Assembly: GCA_976551045.1 (NCBI GenBank)
Contig: CDPCPM010000043.1
Coordinates: 2,542,001-2,606,000 of the forward strand
Length of the DNA: 64,000 nt
Direction: 5' to 3'
Source: Glaucostegus cemiculus
Lineage: Eukaryota
The notes under the pieces are model-generated. The model did no database searches. It was given only the letters and a program-made list of their open reading frames with translations, and was not told where the DNA came from. Both the position numbers and the translations under genes were made by a program. Positions 12,330 to 24,385 of this stretch are shown in pieces. Each line of letters starts with the position of its first letter. Position 1 is the first letter of the stretch.

Positions 12330-13680
12330 GTTTTTCATCAGAGCTCACACAGAAAGCGGTAACATGGTTGCCTCCTCCTTTCCCTTTTCTGCTCCTGTTG
12401 CTTGTTACATTGCTGGTGCTAAGGGCTGTCCTCTCACGTTGTGCAGCATGCAACAGACCCTATGATTCTTCACACTGCTTCAAGAAACCCTAAGAGCTGC
12501 TAAAATCAGAATCAGAATCAGTTTTATTGTCACAACCATATACATACATAGTATGCATAGGAGCGAGATACCGTCCTCCTCAGGTGCTCGTCCCATAAAA
12601 AAGAATAACATAACAACCAACAGAGAGACACATACACACTTGGCAGAATACACAGTACAAAACATTACACGTTAGAAGCTATGGAGATTGAAATTAAATT
12701 ATTACGCAGATTAAATTAAAAATGGCCAGTAAATAAATAAATAGTTCTTAAAGTGAACGGGCTGGTGTCGGCATTTAAAGTGCTGGTGCATTTCTGTACA
12801 CCTAGCATCTCTTAGTGTTAACAAAGGAAGATGAGGGGATGAGTGAGTTTGCAGTTCTGATGGCTTGCGGAAAGAAGCTATTGTTCAGCCTGGACGTTCT
12901 TGCCCTGATACATTTAAGCCTCCTCCCTGATGGCAAAATTGTGAAGAGGTGGTGGGAGGGGTGAGAAGGGTCGGCCATTATGCTTTTGGTCTTCCTCACA
13001 CAACGGTCTTTGTATATGTCTGCGAGGGATGGAAGCGAGACACCTATGATCCACTCCGCAGCCCTAACTATCTTCTGGAGAGACTTCCGCCCAGCAGCTG
13101 AGCAGCTTCCAAACCAAGCAGTGATACATTGAGTTAGGATGCTCTCAATGGTCCCCCTGTAGAAGGATTTCATGACTGAGGGATGTGGGTACGCTTTCCT
13201 CAGTCTCCGCAGGAAGTAAAGGCATTTCTGAGCCTTCTTCATGAGGGCCGTAATGTTAGTGGACCAGGTCAGGTCGTCCGTGATATGCACCCCCAGGAAC
13301 TTGGTGCTGCATACTTGTTCCACAGCAGACCCGTTGATGGTCAGCGGAGCAGAAAGTTTGTTTTAGCATGCCAATGGTCTGTTGTATCAAATTTCTTGTG
13401 ACAGCATGATTTGCTCTGTATAAATGTGGAATGTACACTAGAATCATCGGATGTGACAGATGGATTGCCAAAGTCATCTTTCAGCAATCCACTGCCCAGA
13501 AGTCATTATTTGATTTCCCAGGGTGGCTTAAGTGCAGGCAGCACAGCCTGTCGTAGAGCGAAGGCATCATGACTGCTATTCTGATACCATGCACTGACCT
13601 TCATGTTTTGCTGCCCATGATACTGCACCAGTTCGATGTTGGGAATGCAGAATCCTTTTCAGTTTCAGCATGCAGCACTT
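12330..13680 (-). mobile_element. PIF/Harbinger transposase fossil (catalytic C-terminal half), split by a Rex insertion at 12504-13350
   Basis: Minus strand: N*KGFCIPNIELVQYHGQQNMKVSAWYQNSSHDAFALRQ (NRKGF..NVQ...YPGSSHDAFILRQ-like), then NHAVTRNLIQQTIGMLKQTFC, the Rex insert, then VCCMLHNVRGQP (CC.LHN motif). Confidence 0.8.
12504..13350 (-). mobile_element. Young 5'-truncated Rex1/Babar LINE
   Basis: Open 173-aa ORF 12802-13323 ([14 protein letters not shown]...LPSGRR...[12 protein letters not shown]); (GATTCT)n tail; nearly identical to 34423-35270. Confidence 0.92.
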
Positions 13681-13989
13681 GCAAAACTACTGATGCATGG
13701 TTAATGGTACTCTGAACCAAAGGAAATTGGTGAACCTAGCAAAAATGCATTTTTTCCTGTACTCCTAGACTCTGACAAGAGAGAATTAAATGCAGTTTAT
13801 TTCTTTTAAACAGAGAGTATTAATGATTTCTCTAATGCCAAAGTGTATGGAAAGCTAAGAGGTAATGTAAATATCTCTAGTCTTAGTCTGGAAGGAGTTA
13901 GACACATAAACGTTTATTGTTTGACAGGCATTGACAATGTCATCCTTGTGCTGTTCTGAAGCTACAGTTGTGGCAAGTTTTAGTAAGGA

Positions 13990-14230
13990 CACCCTTTCAG
14001 GAGAGCAGGTATTTCATATGCAACAAGCAACCAATCCGCTGGAGGAACAATGTGGGTGAAGCAGCATTTGTGGGAAGAAATGTCGACATTTTGGGTCAAA
14101 ACCCACTACAAACTACAACCAAAATGTTGACATTTCTTTTCCTCCCACAGCTGCTCCTTGACCCACTGAGTTCCACCAGCAGCTTGTTTGTTGCTCCAGA
14201 TTCCAGCACCTACAGTCTCTCATGTCTCCA
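13990..14230. mobile_element. Fold-back Penelope-terminus element
   Basis: CTGGAGGAAC...GCAGCATTTGTGGGAAGAAATGTCGACATTTTGG pairs with CCAAAATGTTGACATTTC...CCCACAGCTGCT...GAGTTCCACCAG. Confidence 0.65.
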
Positions 14231-15706
14231 GGAATTTCATCCAATGGGCCAGATTATCCAAACTGCCAGAATTTACCTCTTCTTAGTTTGCTAATCCTCC
14301 AATCTCACCATGCCTTTCAATCCTGTGACTCACTACATCACTGAGCTCCCATGCCCAGGCCACCTCCACTACTAATAATACAGGCAGTGACAAGAATTTT
14401 TGGTGTACCTAGATGTCAAATAGCAAAAGACCACTTCCTGTGTTCATGGATACCCGAGGTAGATCAGGGGGCAGGAGGTGGAGGGTAAAGAACTTTCTGA
14501 TCAATTAAAAGGAAAATACGAGAATAAAAAATGCTGTTGTATTACTGGTCTCAGTTTGCTACTATATTAAACCCATTTAGACAATCTCTGAGAAGAAAAC
14601 AACTAAGAACCAGAGTGACTTTGGGCAAAAAAAAATTGAATGGCAACCATACCCCCACCTAAATGTTTTTTTTTTAATTCCCCCCTCCTCCAATATCTAC
14701 ATAGTGCATGATTCACTAAAGAAGCTGACTGCTGAAGTCCATTTGGCCCAATGTCCCTAGCTGAGTTGCAGGCAGAATGGTTCCTTCAACAACCTGGGTA
14801 ATACGCTTCCTGGTAACAGTGATTCTTCCCCTCCTCCACCTATTCCTGCTCTTCTCCTTCACCTTTTTTCGAGCAGCTTGTCCTTAACTACCCTCTGCTC
14901 ATACTCAATCTTGCTGTAATTGAAAGGAAATAACTAGGAATAAATGGTTTCAACATTAGAACTGTCCTTTACCTCTTGGCACTCTACCCTTTGTAGACTT
15001 CTACAATTGGAAATAACTATAAATATGTTTGTAGAATTGTAACAAAACTCAGAAGAAATCAACCAGATGCTAACTTGTAAGAAGTTGAGGATCTCTTTAA
15101 ATGCCACCAATGAGGGCTCTTTTCAGCTGTGCAAGGTTAAAAATGATTTTGAGAAGGAGCAACAACATTATGGTCTGCCTACTCTGCATGCTTCCAGAAG
15201 ACATTCATTGGTTAAATACTAACATCCTCACCAATATGGCTTCCCTCCACAAGCGTGTGCATGTGCTGTAGATTTTAACTATTTCAGCTCAGGGTAATCA
15301 GAGTACTCCCCACCAAAAAAGGGGGTGTTAAAAACCTACATTTCACTGCTGTTTTGTCTATTTTGTGTATTACATATGCTTAAGGCAAAAAAAAGACAAG
15401 CATTCTAGAACATAGAAAATTTATATAGTTTACTGTATACATTTGAGGTACTCCAGCATTTCTAGTTGCTGTTGGCAATTGAGGTACTGTATGATTTCCA
15501 GTTTCTATAGGCAGGCTTAGTGACTGAAGGATATGATATCATAGATAAACCACCCACCCCTCCCAACAGTATTAATATTCTTGCAGTAGCTTGTACACTA
15601 ACTTCCCTGTTAGTGAGAGCTTGTGTACTGAATGCAACACAGAAATATCTTGAACAGCTAAAAATTATTAAAGTATTTAATAGTCTATCAGAGTTTTGGA
15701 GAAATA

Positions 15707-16289
15707 ATGAGGGTTGCTGCTTCAGTTTTCCTCCTGAATGTTGGATTAATACTATGCGTGGAGATTCCTGTTGGATATAACAGAACTAGCAGTTTCACGG
15801 ATCCAGCAGAAAGGAATGCAAATACAGACTGTTCCATTAAACTGAAGCCCACAGACTGTGATGAAGGTGGATTCTGTGGGTATCATGTAAATCTTCCACC
15901 GTTAACCTTGAAGCTTCCCAAGGAGTCAAAACTACTTGAAAAGACTGTCAAAGTAGTTAAAAGTCTTACAGCAACAGTAAATAAAATGAAGAAAAGGTGG
16001 CTAGAAGGACATCAGAAAAAGCCTACCAATCATGATCAGGCCATTGGAAATATAAAATTTAGAAAGGATGACAAGAAGATAATCGCATTGGAGAAGAAAG
16101 TAAAAGTACTGACAACTTCGTTACAGATTGCCAGAAACCAGATCAATTGGCTCCAGCGCCGTTTGGAAGAGATGAATGCAGACACTGTTTTGCATTACAT
16201 TAAAAAAGAGCTGTCAAGTATTAACAACACTGTGAATACCCTGAACGATAAGTGTTACACAACTTGTGCAGCTGAAGGCTTACCAGCAG
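15707..16289 (+). CDS. FGL2: Fibrinogen-like protein 2 (fibroleukin), exon 1: signal peptide and coiled coil
   Basis: Hydrophobic N-terminus MRVAASVFLLNVGLILC; DCSIKLKPTDCDEGGFCGYHVNLPPLTLKLPK matches the FGL2 pattern C....C...G.C.Y.V.LPPLT.QLPK; donor CAG|GTAATC; 583 nt, phase 1. Confidence 0.9.
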
Positions 16290-17014
16290 GTAATCAGTGC
16301 ATGATATAGAATTAAAAATTATTCCTGCTTTAAATCAGATAAAATGGAATTATTTTCACCTATCTTAATGCTGTTCAAAGCCAATATTAATTTCCATGAT
16401 TATTCAAGTTTTTAAAAATGCTGTTTTCCACTCCAAATAGCAGTAAAGTTGAAATTTTAGGACTATCATTATTTAACCAAGCTTTAAATTTACAGTACAT
16501 ATGTACATCTTAATTCATACTATAAATTGTAAAACTTTGTTAACTAATAGAGTCGGGGTAAGACCTCACAACTGCAAGCTTACTTTAGATTAAAATCCCA
16601 TTACACTTTATAGCAATAGGAGGAATGTGTGAAAAACACCATTCCCTGCATTTTGTTTCATATTATTGTCTCATGATTAAACTGTCTTACACATACCAAT
16701 TCTTAGTCCTTTTCAGTTTTTAAGTAAAGTTACTTTGGCTGGTTATTTTTTAAGAGTACTCTGAAAAGCATTGCCAAATTAGTAATGTAATTTAGAACAG
16801 TCAGTTCTATTGCCAGCACTGTTGCAAAAGCATGACATTAACACATCGCTTTGTTATTTTATGACAAAGCAACCTGAGAAATATGTAGAAACATGTAATC
16901 TCATCAGTTAAAGAGCAGAAAAGTTAAAATACATTGTTAAATTAAGTGCACAGTTGATACATTTGCTTTTCTGGAGCTCACCTTCTAGCAAAATATTATT
17001 TTAAGTTAAATTTG

Positions 17015-17960
17015 AACATAGAATAGTGCAGCACAAGAACAGGCCCTTCGCTCACAATGTTGTGACAAACTAATTAAGCTAATGATGCCTAATTAAACTA
17101 ATCCATTCTGCCTGCATTTGGTCCATGGCCATCCCTTCTCTGCATATTCATGTGCCTATCTAAGAGCCTTTTAAACGCCTTCATCGTTTATGCCTTCACC
17201 ACCACCACTAGCAAAGCATTCCAGGCACTCACCACTCTCTATGTAAAATACTTGCCCACACATCTCCTTAGACCTTGCACCCACTCACTTTAAATTCATT
17301 TCTTTTAGTATTGGACATTTTGACCCTGGGAAAAAGAAACCAGCTGTCCAATGTATCTATGCCTCTCATAATTTTATAAACTTCTCAGGTCTCCCCTCAG
17401 CCTCCACCACTTCAGAGAAAACAAGCCTAGTTTGTCCAAACTCTCCTTATAGCACCTGCCCTTTAATCCAGGCAACGTCATGTTAAACCTCTTCTGTACC
17501 CTTTCAAAGCCTCCATATCCTTCCTATAACGGGGTGACCAGAATTGAATACAATACTCTAGATGTGGCCTCCGTTTTTTTTTAAAAAACTACAACATAAC
17601 TTCCTGATTCTTGAACTCAATGCCTTGATTAATAAAGGCAAGCATAGACCTTATGCCTTCTTTACTACCCTATCAACATGTGCAGGCACTTTCAGGAAGT
17701 TAAGGACAAGGCTGCAAGATCCCTCTGAATATCAACACTGCTGAGGGTCCTGCCATTAACTATATACTTTCTCTTTACATTTGATCTCCCAAAATGCAAC
17801 ACTTCACATTTGCCCAGATTAAACTCCATTTGCCATTTCTCTGCCAGTATCGGCAACTGATCTGTATCCCACTGTATCCTTTGGTGATCTTCTACACCAT
17901 CCACAATGCCATCATTCTTTGTGTCATCTGAAAGCTTATCCACCCATCCATATTTTCAAT
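17015..17960 (-). mobile_element. CR1 LINE 3' fragment in the FGL2 intron
   Basis: DDTK..GIVD...WQMEFNLGKCEVLHFGRSN in ORF 17692-17943; GAACATAGAA...ACAGGCCCTTCG terminus. Confidence 0.85.
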
Positions 17961-18227
17961 CAAGCGCTCCTTAAGTGAAATGTTTGAGAACTCCTGGATT
18001 ATCAGCCCTCTTTCAAGTTACAAAAAAATTCCTGCCCTTCATGAGCATCTCCCCCATGCAAAAAGTTCTATTTACTAAAAGTGAACAAACTGAGCTGGAT
18101 TTAACTTATTGCCCAGGTACGGGCACTGTACCTCAATTTTGCATCATTCCCAAAATGCTCAGACAGTCTTTGAAAGATGCAAAGATGAGGCAGAGCCTCA
18201 CTGTCAAACTGAGGGGCATTATTCAGA

Positions 18228-18375
18228 GAAACACAAGAGACTGTAGATGCTGGAATCAGAAGTAAAAAAAAATCAAACTGCTGGAGGAACTCAGTGGGTC
18301 AGGCAGTAGCTGTAGAGGGAAATGGACAGTCAGCATTTTGGGTTGAGACCTAAAACGTTGATTATCCATTTCCCA
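18228..18375. mobile_element. Penelope terminal fragment
   Basis: ACACAAGAGACTGTAGATGCTGGAATC...AAACTGCTGGAGGAACTCAG, the same motif as at 715 and 48200-48260. Confidence 0.6.
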
Positions 18376-19374
18376 GGCATTATTAAGAGTTAATTGACTG
18401 TAATGTGGGGAAGCCTTTCAACATTAATTAAATCTTTTTAAAAAATGTATTAAAATAAACTTTTAAGTGTTTAGGTGATTTTAAACATATTTTGTAAAAA
18501 GTTATAATCAATCTTCTATTAGGAATTCTTGTCCAAATGAATAGCGATTCCAATACTAGGCCATGGTCTGGCCGCCATAGAAGAATACTGCCAGCTTCCC
18601 AAGCAGCAGTCTTGGGAATCCTACCACATCTTAGCTCTGAGCAAGTTGAAGTCCTAACTGGGGGGGGGGGCAGGGGAGGGTTGGTGGCTGAACACTGGCA
18701 GTTCCCTTTGGAACCACTTGTCATAGCATCCATGATTTGGCTCTATGTTAGCTCCATTGCACATTGCACATTGACTGTGTGTACATGGTAGACTTGGGTA
18801 ACCAAAGGAGGTTGATTTGTGAATGCAAGTGTGATGCAGGGGTACAATCCCCAGGAAATACCCAAACCAAGATAAAATACAAGCACTGAATGGAGAAGAT
18901 TCAGCCATATGAATCATGCCATCACTGGCACTGCTGCTCCAATATGACAGTGGAATATAGTGGAGGCAGAGGTCCAGATCAACTGTCAGAAGGTACAGCT
19001 GATCTTATGGAGCAATGGTGGAGACGAGAAAGGGGAAAGCAAAACCTGGAGATACAAACCAACTGCAAAAGAGGAGGACACTGACACATATCAAAACCTT
19101 AACCCTGTTGTGCGGATATTACCCATAATCTAGTTTTGGGAGATGTCTGGGTTTCTTGTGAAAACTCTAGGTAACCAGGGGCCCTTGCTTAAGAACCACA
19201 TTGCCTTCTCAATAACATGATCTTGGAGTTACAATGTTTACAATGGCTTATATCAGAATGTCAGTAAAATATTAAAGACCAGATGATCTTTAGGCCCAAT
19301 TTCAGCTTGAAATGTATGTATATTAGTCAAGAGGGCAAGGCCTGGGAGATTGTTGTTCCTGGGTCTGAGGGTAA

Positions 19375-19700
19375 CTCAGTGGTGCAACGATACAGCCAAC
19401 GCCTCACAGTACCAGGGGCCCGGGTTCAATCCTGACCTTGAATGTTACCTGATTGGAGTTTGCATGTTCTCTCTGTGACTGCATGGATTTCTTTCTACAC
19501 CCCAAAGACATGGGCAGGAAGGTCAATTGTCCACTGTAAATTGTCACTTGTGTATAGATAAGTGGTAGAATCTGGGGGAGTTGATGAGGTTGTAGGGAGA
19601 ATAAAAAATGGGATTAACGTAGGATAAACGTAAATGGGCGATTGATGGTGGTACGGATTTAGTGGGCTGAATGGCCAAAGAGGCATCGCTCTATGATTCT
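19375..19700 (+). mobile_element. Decayed V-SINE with CR1-like tail
   Basis: GGGTTCAATCC B-box, GGAGTTTGCATGTTCTCTCTGTGACTGCATGG V-domain, GTGGGCTGAATGGCC...CTATGATTCT end. Confidence 0.7.
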
Positions 19701-20429
19701 AAAACTCACCTACATTGGTCTGATCATCTCCTATCGAATCAAGAGATAGGATCATAATATTATGCAGCAGGAGCAAAGGTTAGCATGGAGTAAAAACATT
19801 TAAAAAGTATAAATGACAAATAGTAAAAAGATTTACATGTTGCTTTTGCTTTCTTTAATTATTTTCCTCTTAGTTTCTTTTCATGTTACAGTCTTCAGAT
19901 TAACTAAATGAAATGAAACTTAATATTGAAGAATATTTTCAGCCACAAAAACAGATTCTTTCTATCACATCCTGTTATGATTTAAAAGTGAAAATTGCTT
20001 TTACTTCCTGGCACTAGGTATGCAATTATTAAACAAGTACCTATACCTTCAAAATGCTTCGCAAAATTTTGTATTGTTTGCCAGCATAAATCTGGGCAAA
20101 TTACAAAATTGTTTTGGGGAATTTATCATCTGAATATTTTATAAAAGCATAATTTGCTTTTCACCCACTAAAATAAATTTGGCATCTTTCAAAACCAGAG
20201 AAATAAAACATTTATCAAAAGAGACAAATTACACTCCGTGTGTTAAGGGAAGATGGGATTTGGGGCTCTGGTGAGCCAGGTGCTGAACCGTGGCCTTTTG
20301 AATAATCAGATAGTAGATTACTGGAATTTTACTATACAGTCCTATTAAGAGTTAAGTTATTCAAACTGTTACAACCAAACTATCTAGTTTGAAAATAATG
20401 AAATTAATGACCTATTTCCCTATTTGCAG

Positions 20430-21133
20430 AAATACAAGCTAAGCCTCAAGATTGCTCGGACCTTTACAATCGAGAAATTTGGAAAAGTGGCATCTATGAA
20501 ATTGTTCACTGTCCAAATAATACCTTTCCAGTCTATTGTGAAATGGAAAGTCTGAAAGGTGGCTGGACAGTCCTGCAATCTCGCAAAGATGGCAGTGTTG
20601 ATTTTAATCGAACCTGGGCAGATTACAAAAACGGATTTGGTAATCTATCAACAGAATTTTGGCTGGGAAATGACAAAATACATTTCTTAACAAAATCCAG
20701 GAAAATGATCTTAAGAATTGAAATTGAAGATTGGGAAGGAGTCCAACAATATGCCGAATACAGTCAATTCTCTGTTGCCGATGAAAAGCACCAATATCGT
20801 CTGACTATTTCTGGTTACTCTGGTACAGCTGGTGATGCAATGCATTTCAGTAAATATTATAACCATGATCAAAAATACTTTACCACCAAGGACAAAGATA
20901 ATGACTTGTACGCTTCAGGTAACTGTGGAGCCTATTATAGTTCTGGCTGGTGGTTTGATGCTTGCATGTCAGCCAACCTAAATGGTAAATATTATAAAAA
21001 GATCTACAAAGGGGTCCGAAATGGGATTTATTGGGGCACTTGGTATAAACTACAAAATGAAATACTGAATGGCTATCGCCATCCTTTTAAAACAGTAAGA
21101 ATGCTGATTAGGCCTAAAGAAATTGTGCCATAA
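20430..21133 (+). CDS. FGL2: Fibrinogen-like protein 2, exon 2: fibrinogen C-terminal (FReD) domain
   Basis: Acceptor TATTTGCAG|A; phase-1 join gives EIQAKPQDCSD in frame with ORF 20543-21133; GGWTVLQ, EFWLGNDKIH, YNHD..YFTT.DKDND.Y.SGNCG.YYSSGWWFDAC.SANLNGKYY...GVRNGI.WGTW are FGL2-characteristic. Joined CDS 1287 nt = 428 aa plus stop. Confidence 0.93.
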
Positions 21134-21174
21134 GCACAAGCCAACAACAAAAGCTTCCAAAAGCAATAAAGAAT

Positions 21175-21397
21175 CCAATGCTGGAAGTTTGAAATAAAAG
21201 CAGAAAATGAAAGAAATACTCAGCAGGTCAGGTAGCATCTACAGAGAAAAACAAGAGTTAATGTTTAAGGCCAATGATCTTGCATCAGAACTGGAAAAAT
21301 GACTTTGTACCCATTGACCTGAAATGTTAATTCTGCGTCACCCTCTCTCCACAAATGCAGCTGAGAATTTCCTGCATTTTGTGTTTTTATTTCAGAA
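21175..21397. mobile_element. Fold-back Penelope-terminus element just after the FGL2 stop codon
   Basis: TTTGAAATAAAAGCAGAAAATG pairs with CATTTTGTGTTTTTATTTCAGA; GAGTTAATGTTTAAGGCCAATG pairs with CATTGACCTGAAATGTTAATTC. Confidence 0.65.
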
Positions 21398-22059
21398 GTT
21401 GCCAAAAGATTTGTTTAAAAACAACTTTGACTAACCTTTTTTTTTGAAACAATGGGTGTTAATTTTGTCTGCTGCTGCCAGCGTTAATCACAAGTGAAAA
21501 AATTGCAAGTTGTACTCACCTATAAACATTTGGTTCTACTGAAGTTAAAAGAACCAAATTTTGAGAGATGAGGGCAACCATCTGCCAATACTCTTCCATG
21601 CTTTTAGCACTTGTGACCAAAGACAAACTTTCCCTCCATTATTTACAACACTGGAGACACCTGGTTCTAATTCCCTACCATTTCCTTTGAACCATAACCA
21701 CTTCCATTATGTCAATTTGCCTCTGAAATCAAGTCTTGGCTGAGTCAAACTACCCTCCAGCCACACTGGGAAGACTGGAGCCGTCATATTCAATGCTGTT
21801 CTAAACTTTTCTCTTTTACCACAGTCAACTAACATACCATAGTCACTAGAATGTGCAAACAGTGTCCTGCTTGACCAAGACTGAGGTTCATATCCTTTTC
21901 ATCAAGTCTACTTACTTCCATATCTTTAGCTCCACTTTCAATAAAAACTTCTCACATACTTTTGACACCTGAATTTAGTTCTCACAACTGATCTTTCATG
22001 CTCCACCATGCACTAGCTCCAACTTATGAACCTTTTCCATACTATTTCTTGTTGCATTA

Positions 22060-22385
22060 ATCTGAATGAAGTGTACAAAATTCCTGAAGGATTTTATAGG
22101 GTAGATTCAAAGCTGGTATCACTCTAGAACTGAGGGCAGGAATTCAAACAATGGGTTGGCTGTTCAGAACAGAAATGAGAAGGGGTTTCTTACCTTTGGA
22201 ATTCACTAAATTCATTGAGTTTAATAAAGGCTTAGATTGATATATTTTAGGTGTTATGGCAATCAAGGGATTTGGGGTCAGTTCAGGAAATTGGCGCTGA
22301 GGTAAAAGGTCAGCCATAATCTTAATGAACGGCAGAACAGGCATGAAGGGTCAAATGGTTTCTTTTTCTTCTGTTCGTATATTCT
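22060..22385 (+). mobile_element. CR1 LINE 3' end, decayed
   Basis: TTCAGAACAGAAATGAGAAGG...GGTCAGCCATAATCTTAATGAACGGCAGAACAGGCATGAAGGGTCAAATGG resembles the CR1 3' end at 52560-52820. Confidence 0.65.
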
Positions 22386-22849
22386 AAATTGGATCACACA
22401 TCATTCTGCTTTTTTTTAATCTCCATTAGATCCCCATTATTCCAAGTAAATTTTACTCTTACTCACCTTTGGATCCCTGCCTGACCTTGCCCTGTTAAAC
22501 ATTTCCTTATTCCCTCTCCCACGCCCTCAGCACTTTTGACAGTGACCTCACATGCATTCTTGTTTTCCTTTCCCTATTATCAATGGCAAGGTCTTCCTCT
22601 TTTCACACCCTTAAGAGCCTCCCCAAAACCCATCATTTCAATCGTTTTGATCTTCTTAATTTCTCTGTGGTACGTTACCGGTTGCTTTTACTATTTAACT
22701 TACCTTGGGAAGTTAAAGTGTGATTAAAAAAAGCTAGTTGTTGTCGTTGAGAAGAAAAATATATAACAAAGACATATACATGTGGATGCAATATATTTCT
22801 ACTTGTTATTCTGACTGTAGGTGAGGTAAAACAGTCACTGGGTACATGC

Positions 22850-23065
22850 CAAACAATGAGACGAAGGAACTAAGCAGGTTCAGCAGCATCTGTAGGGGTA
22901 GAGGAATTGTTGACGTTTTGTATCAAGGCCCTGCACCAGGACCACGTTTTAGGTCTCGACCCAAAATGTTAACAATTCCTATCCTCTCAAGAGATGCTGC
23001 TTGACCTGCTGAGTTCCTCCAGCAGTTTGTTTTTTGCTCCAGATTCCAGCATCTGTATTCTATTC
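22850..23065. mobile_element. Fold-back Penelope-terminus element
   Basis: GCAGCATCTGTAGGGGTAGAGGAATTGTTGACGTTTTG pairs with CAAAATGTTAACAATTCCTATCCTCTCAAGAGATGCTGC. Confidence 0.65.
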
Positions 23066-23784
23066 CCTCATCTTTCAAAGAGGAGCACAGAGAGTTTTAT
23101 TACATCTATTTTCTATTCTTTTGTTAGGGAATTTCAGGTCAATGCTTAAGTAAATCAAATAGGCTTTACAGTAAAAATCTATGAAAGATTTTTTGCAGCA
23201 AATTGATCTAAACCATATAACGTAAATATAGATTTATCATTATAATACCAGCAGCATTCTCCTAATTGCAAGCAATAAAAAAATTAATATAACTTAGTTG
23301 TATGCTTATTAATGTTCAGATAGAATCCTTTACTTTCAACTACTTCTTCTACTTGTTGCACTCAGTATATTATGTTATTACGATGCTCATGCAATGTTAA
23401 AGTATTACTTTGCAAGAAGTTACTCAGCAATTTAACAGTAAAGAGAGTTGTATCTGTATATTTCTTGCTAATTTTTAGTGAAGTATTTTTGAAAGATTCA
23501 AATTAATATGCTATACTGCCCACTGCTGTTTATAAAAGATGTATGTAAAAGCTGAACTTGAACATGAACTTGCATTATGATTTTTTTTATTATAAGCTCC
23601 AAGGCCTTTTACAAAACTGTAAAGTTACCAAACTAAACATTTCAATAATAAAACAAACAACACATGGTGATTTGTGTATGGTCCATTCAATTTACAAACA
23701 TGTCATTTAAGAACAAGAAGCTCTCCCATCACTTTGCCCACAATTTCTTCCTCAACTAATTTTTTGTCTCATTCTTTGAAAGGG

Positions 23785-24385
23785 GTTATAATGTATGCAG
23801 CATGGCTATCTCTACATTGGCAAAAAACAAGCATAGTCCAGGCAACCATTTTGCAGAGCACCTGTGCTCTGTCTGTAACAGCCATCTTGAGCTTCTGGTT
23901 GCATGTCATTTTAACTCCCTTTCCCATTCTCACCATGTCCTCGGCCTTTTTCACTGCCATTGTGAAGCTAAATGCAAACTAGAAGAATGGCATCTCATAT
24001 TGCACTTAGGTAGCCTACAATCCAATGGTACAAACGTTGAATTTTCCAGTTTCAGGTAATCCATTCCCCATGTATTCTTTTCCCACTCCCATCAATCCAC
24101 CTGGGGCCTCTCTCTCTCTCTCTGCTCACCTGTTCCATCCCAACTTCCCCACCCCCTTCATTACATAGACTCATTACCCTTCTCCACCTAATTCCATCTG
24201 CCCATCACCCACATAACTACCTCCCTTGGTTTCTACTCCATTGGTTCATCTTTCCTATACCCTCACCCCATCTGGTTCCATCTGCCCATCATCCCTCTCT
24301 TCTATGATTCCACCTATCATCTACCAGCCTCAATCACTACACTTTCCCCTCCCCTCTCCCACCTGGCTCCACCTCCCCATTAAAT
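23785..24385 (+). mobile_element. Penelope-like element remnant (GIY-YIG endonuclease end and pyrimidine-rich 3' region)
   Basis: LYIG...GNHFAEHLCSV...VACHFNSLSHSH...KLEEWHLILHLGSLQSNGTNVEFSSFR. Confidence 0.8.

Noticed and set aside
15540-15700. FGL2 promoter elements (C-rich box, ACTTCC, TATA-like)
   Set aside because: Short motifs expected by chance; no clear GAS site; cannot be supported without conservation data.
15986-16000. Furin site at MKKR/W in FGL2
   Set aside because: P4 is Met rather than Arg and P1' is Trp; does not fit R-X-K/R-R.
18850-19080. Myb/SANT-like Harbinger partner ORF remnant (also ~14330-14500 and ~21560-21640)
   Set aside because: Only vague Trp-spaced similarity; needs a profile search.
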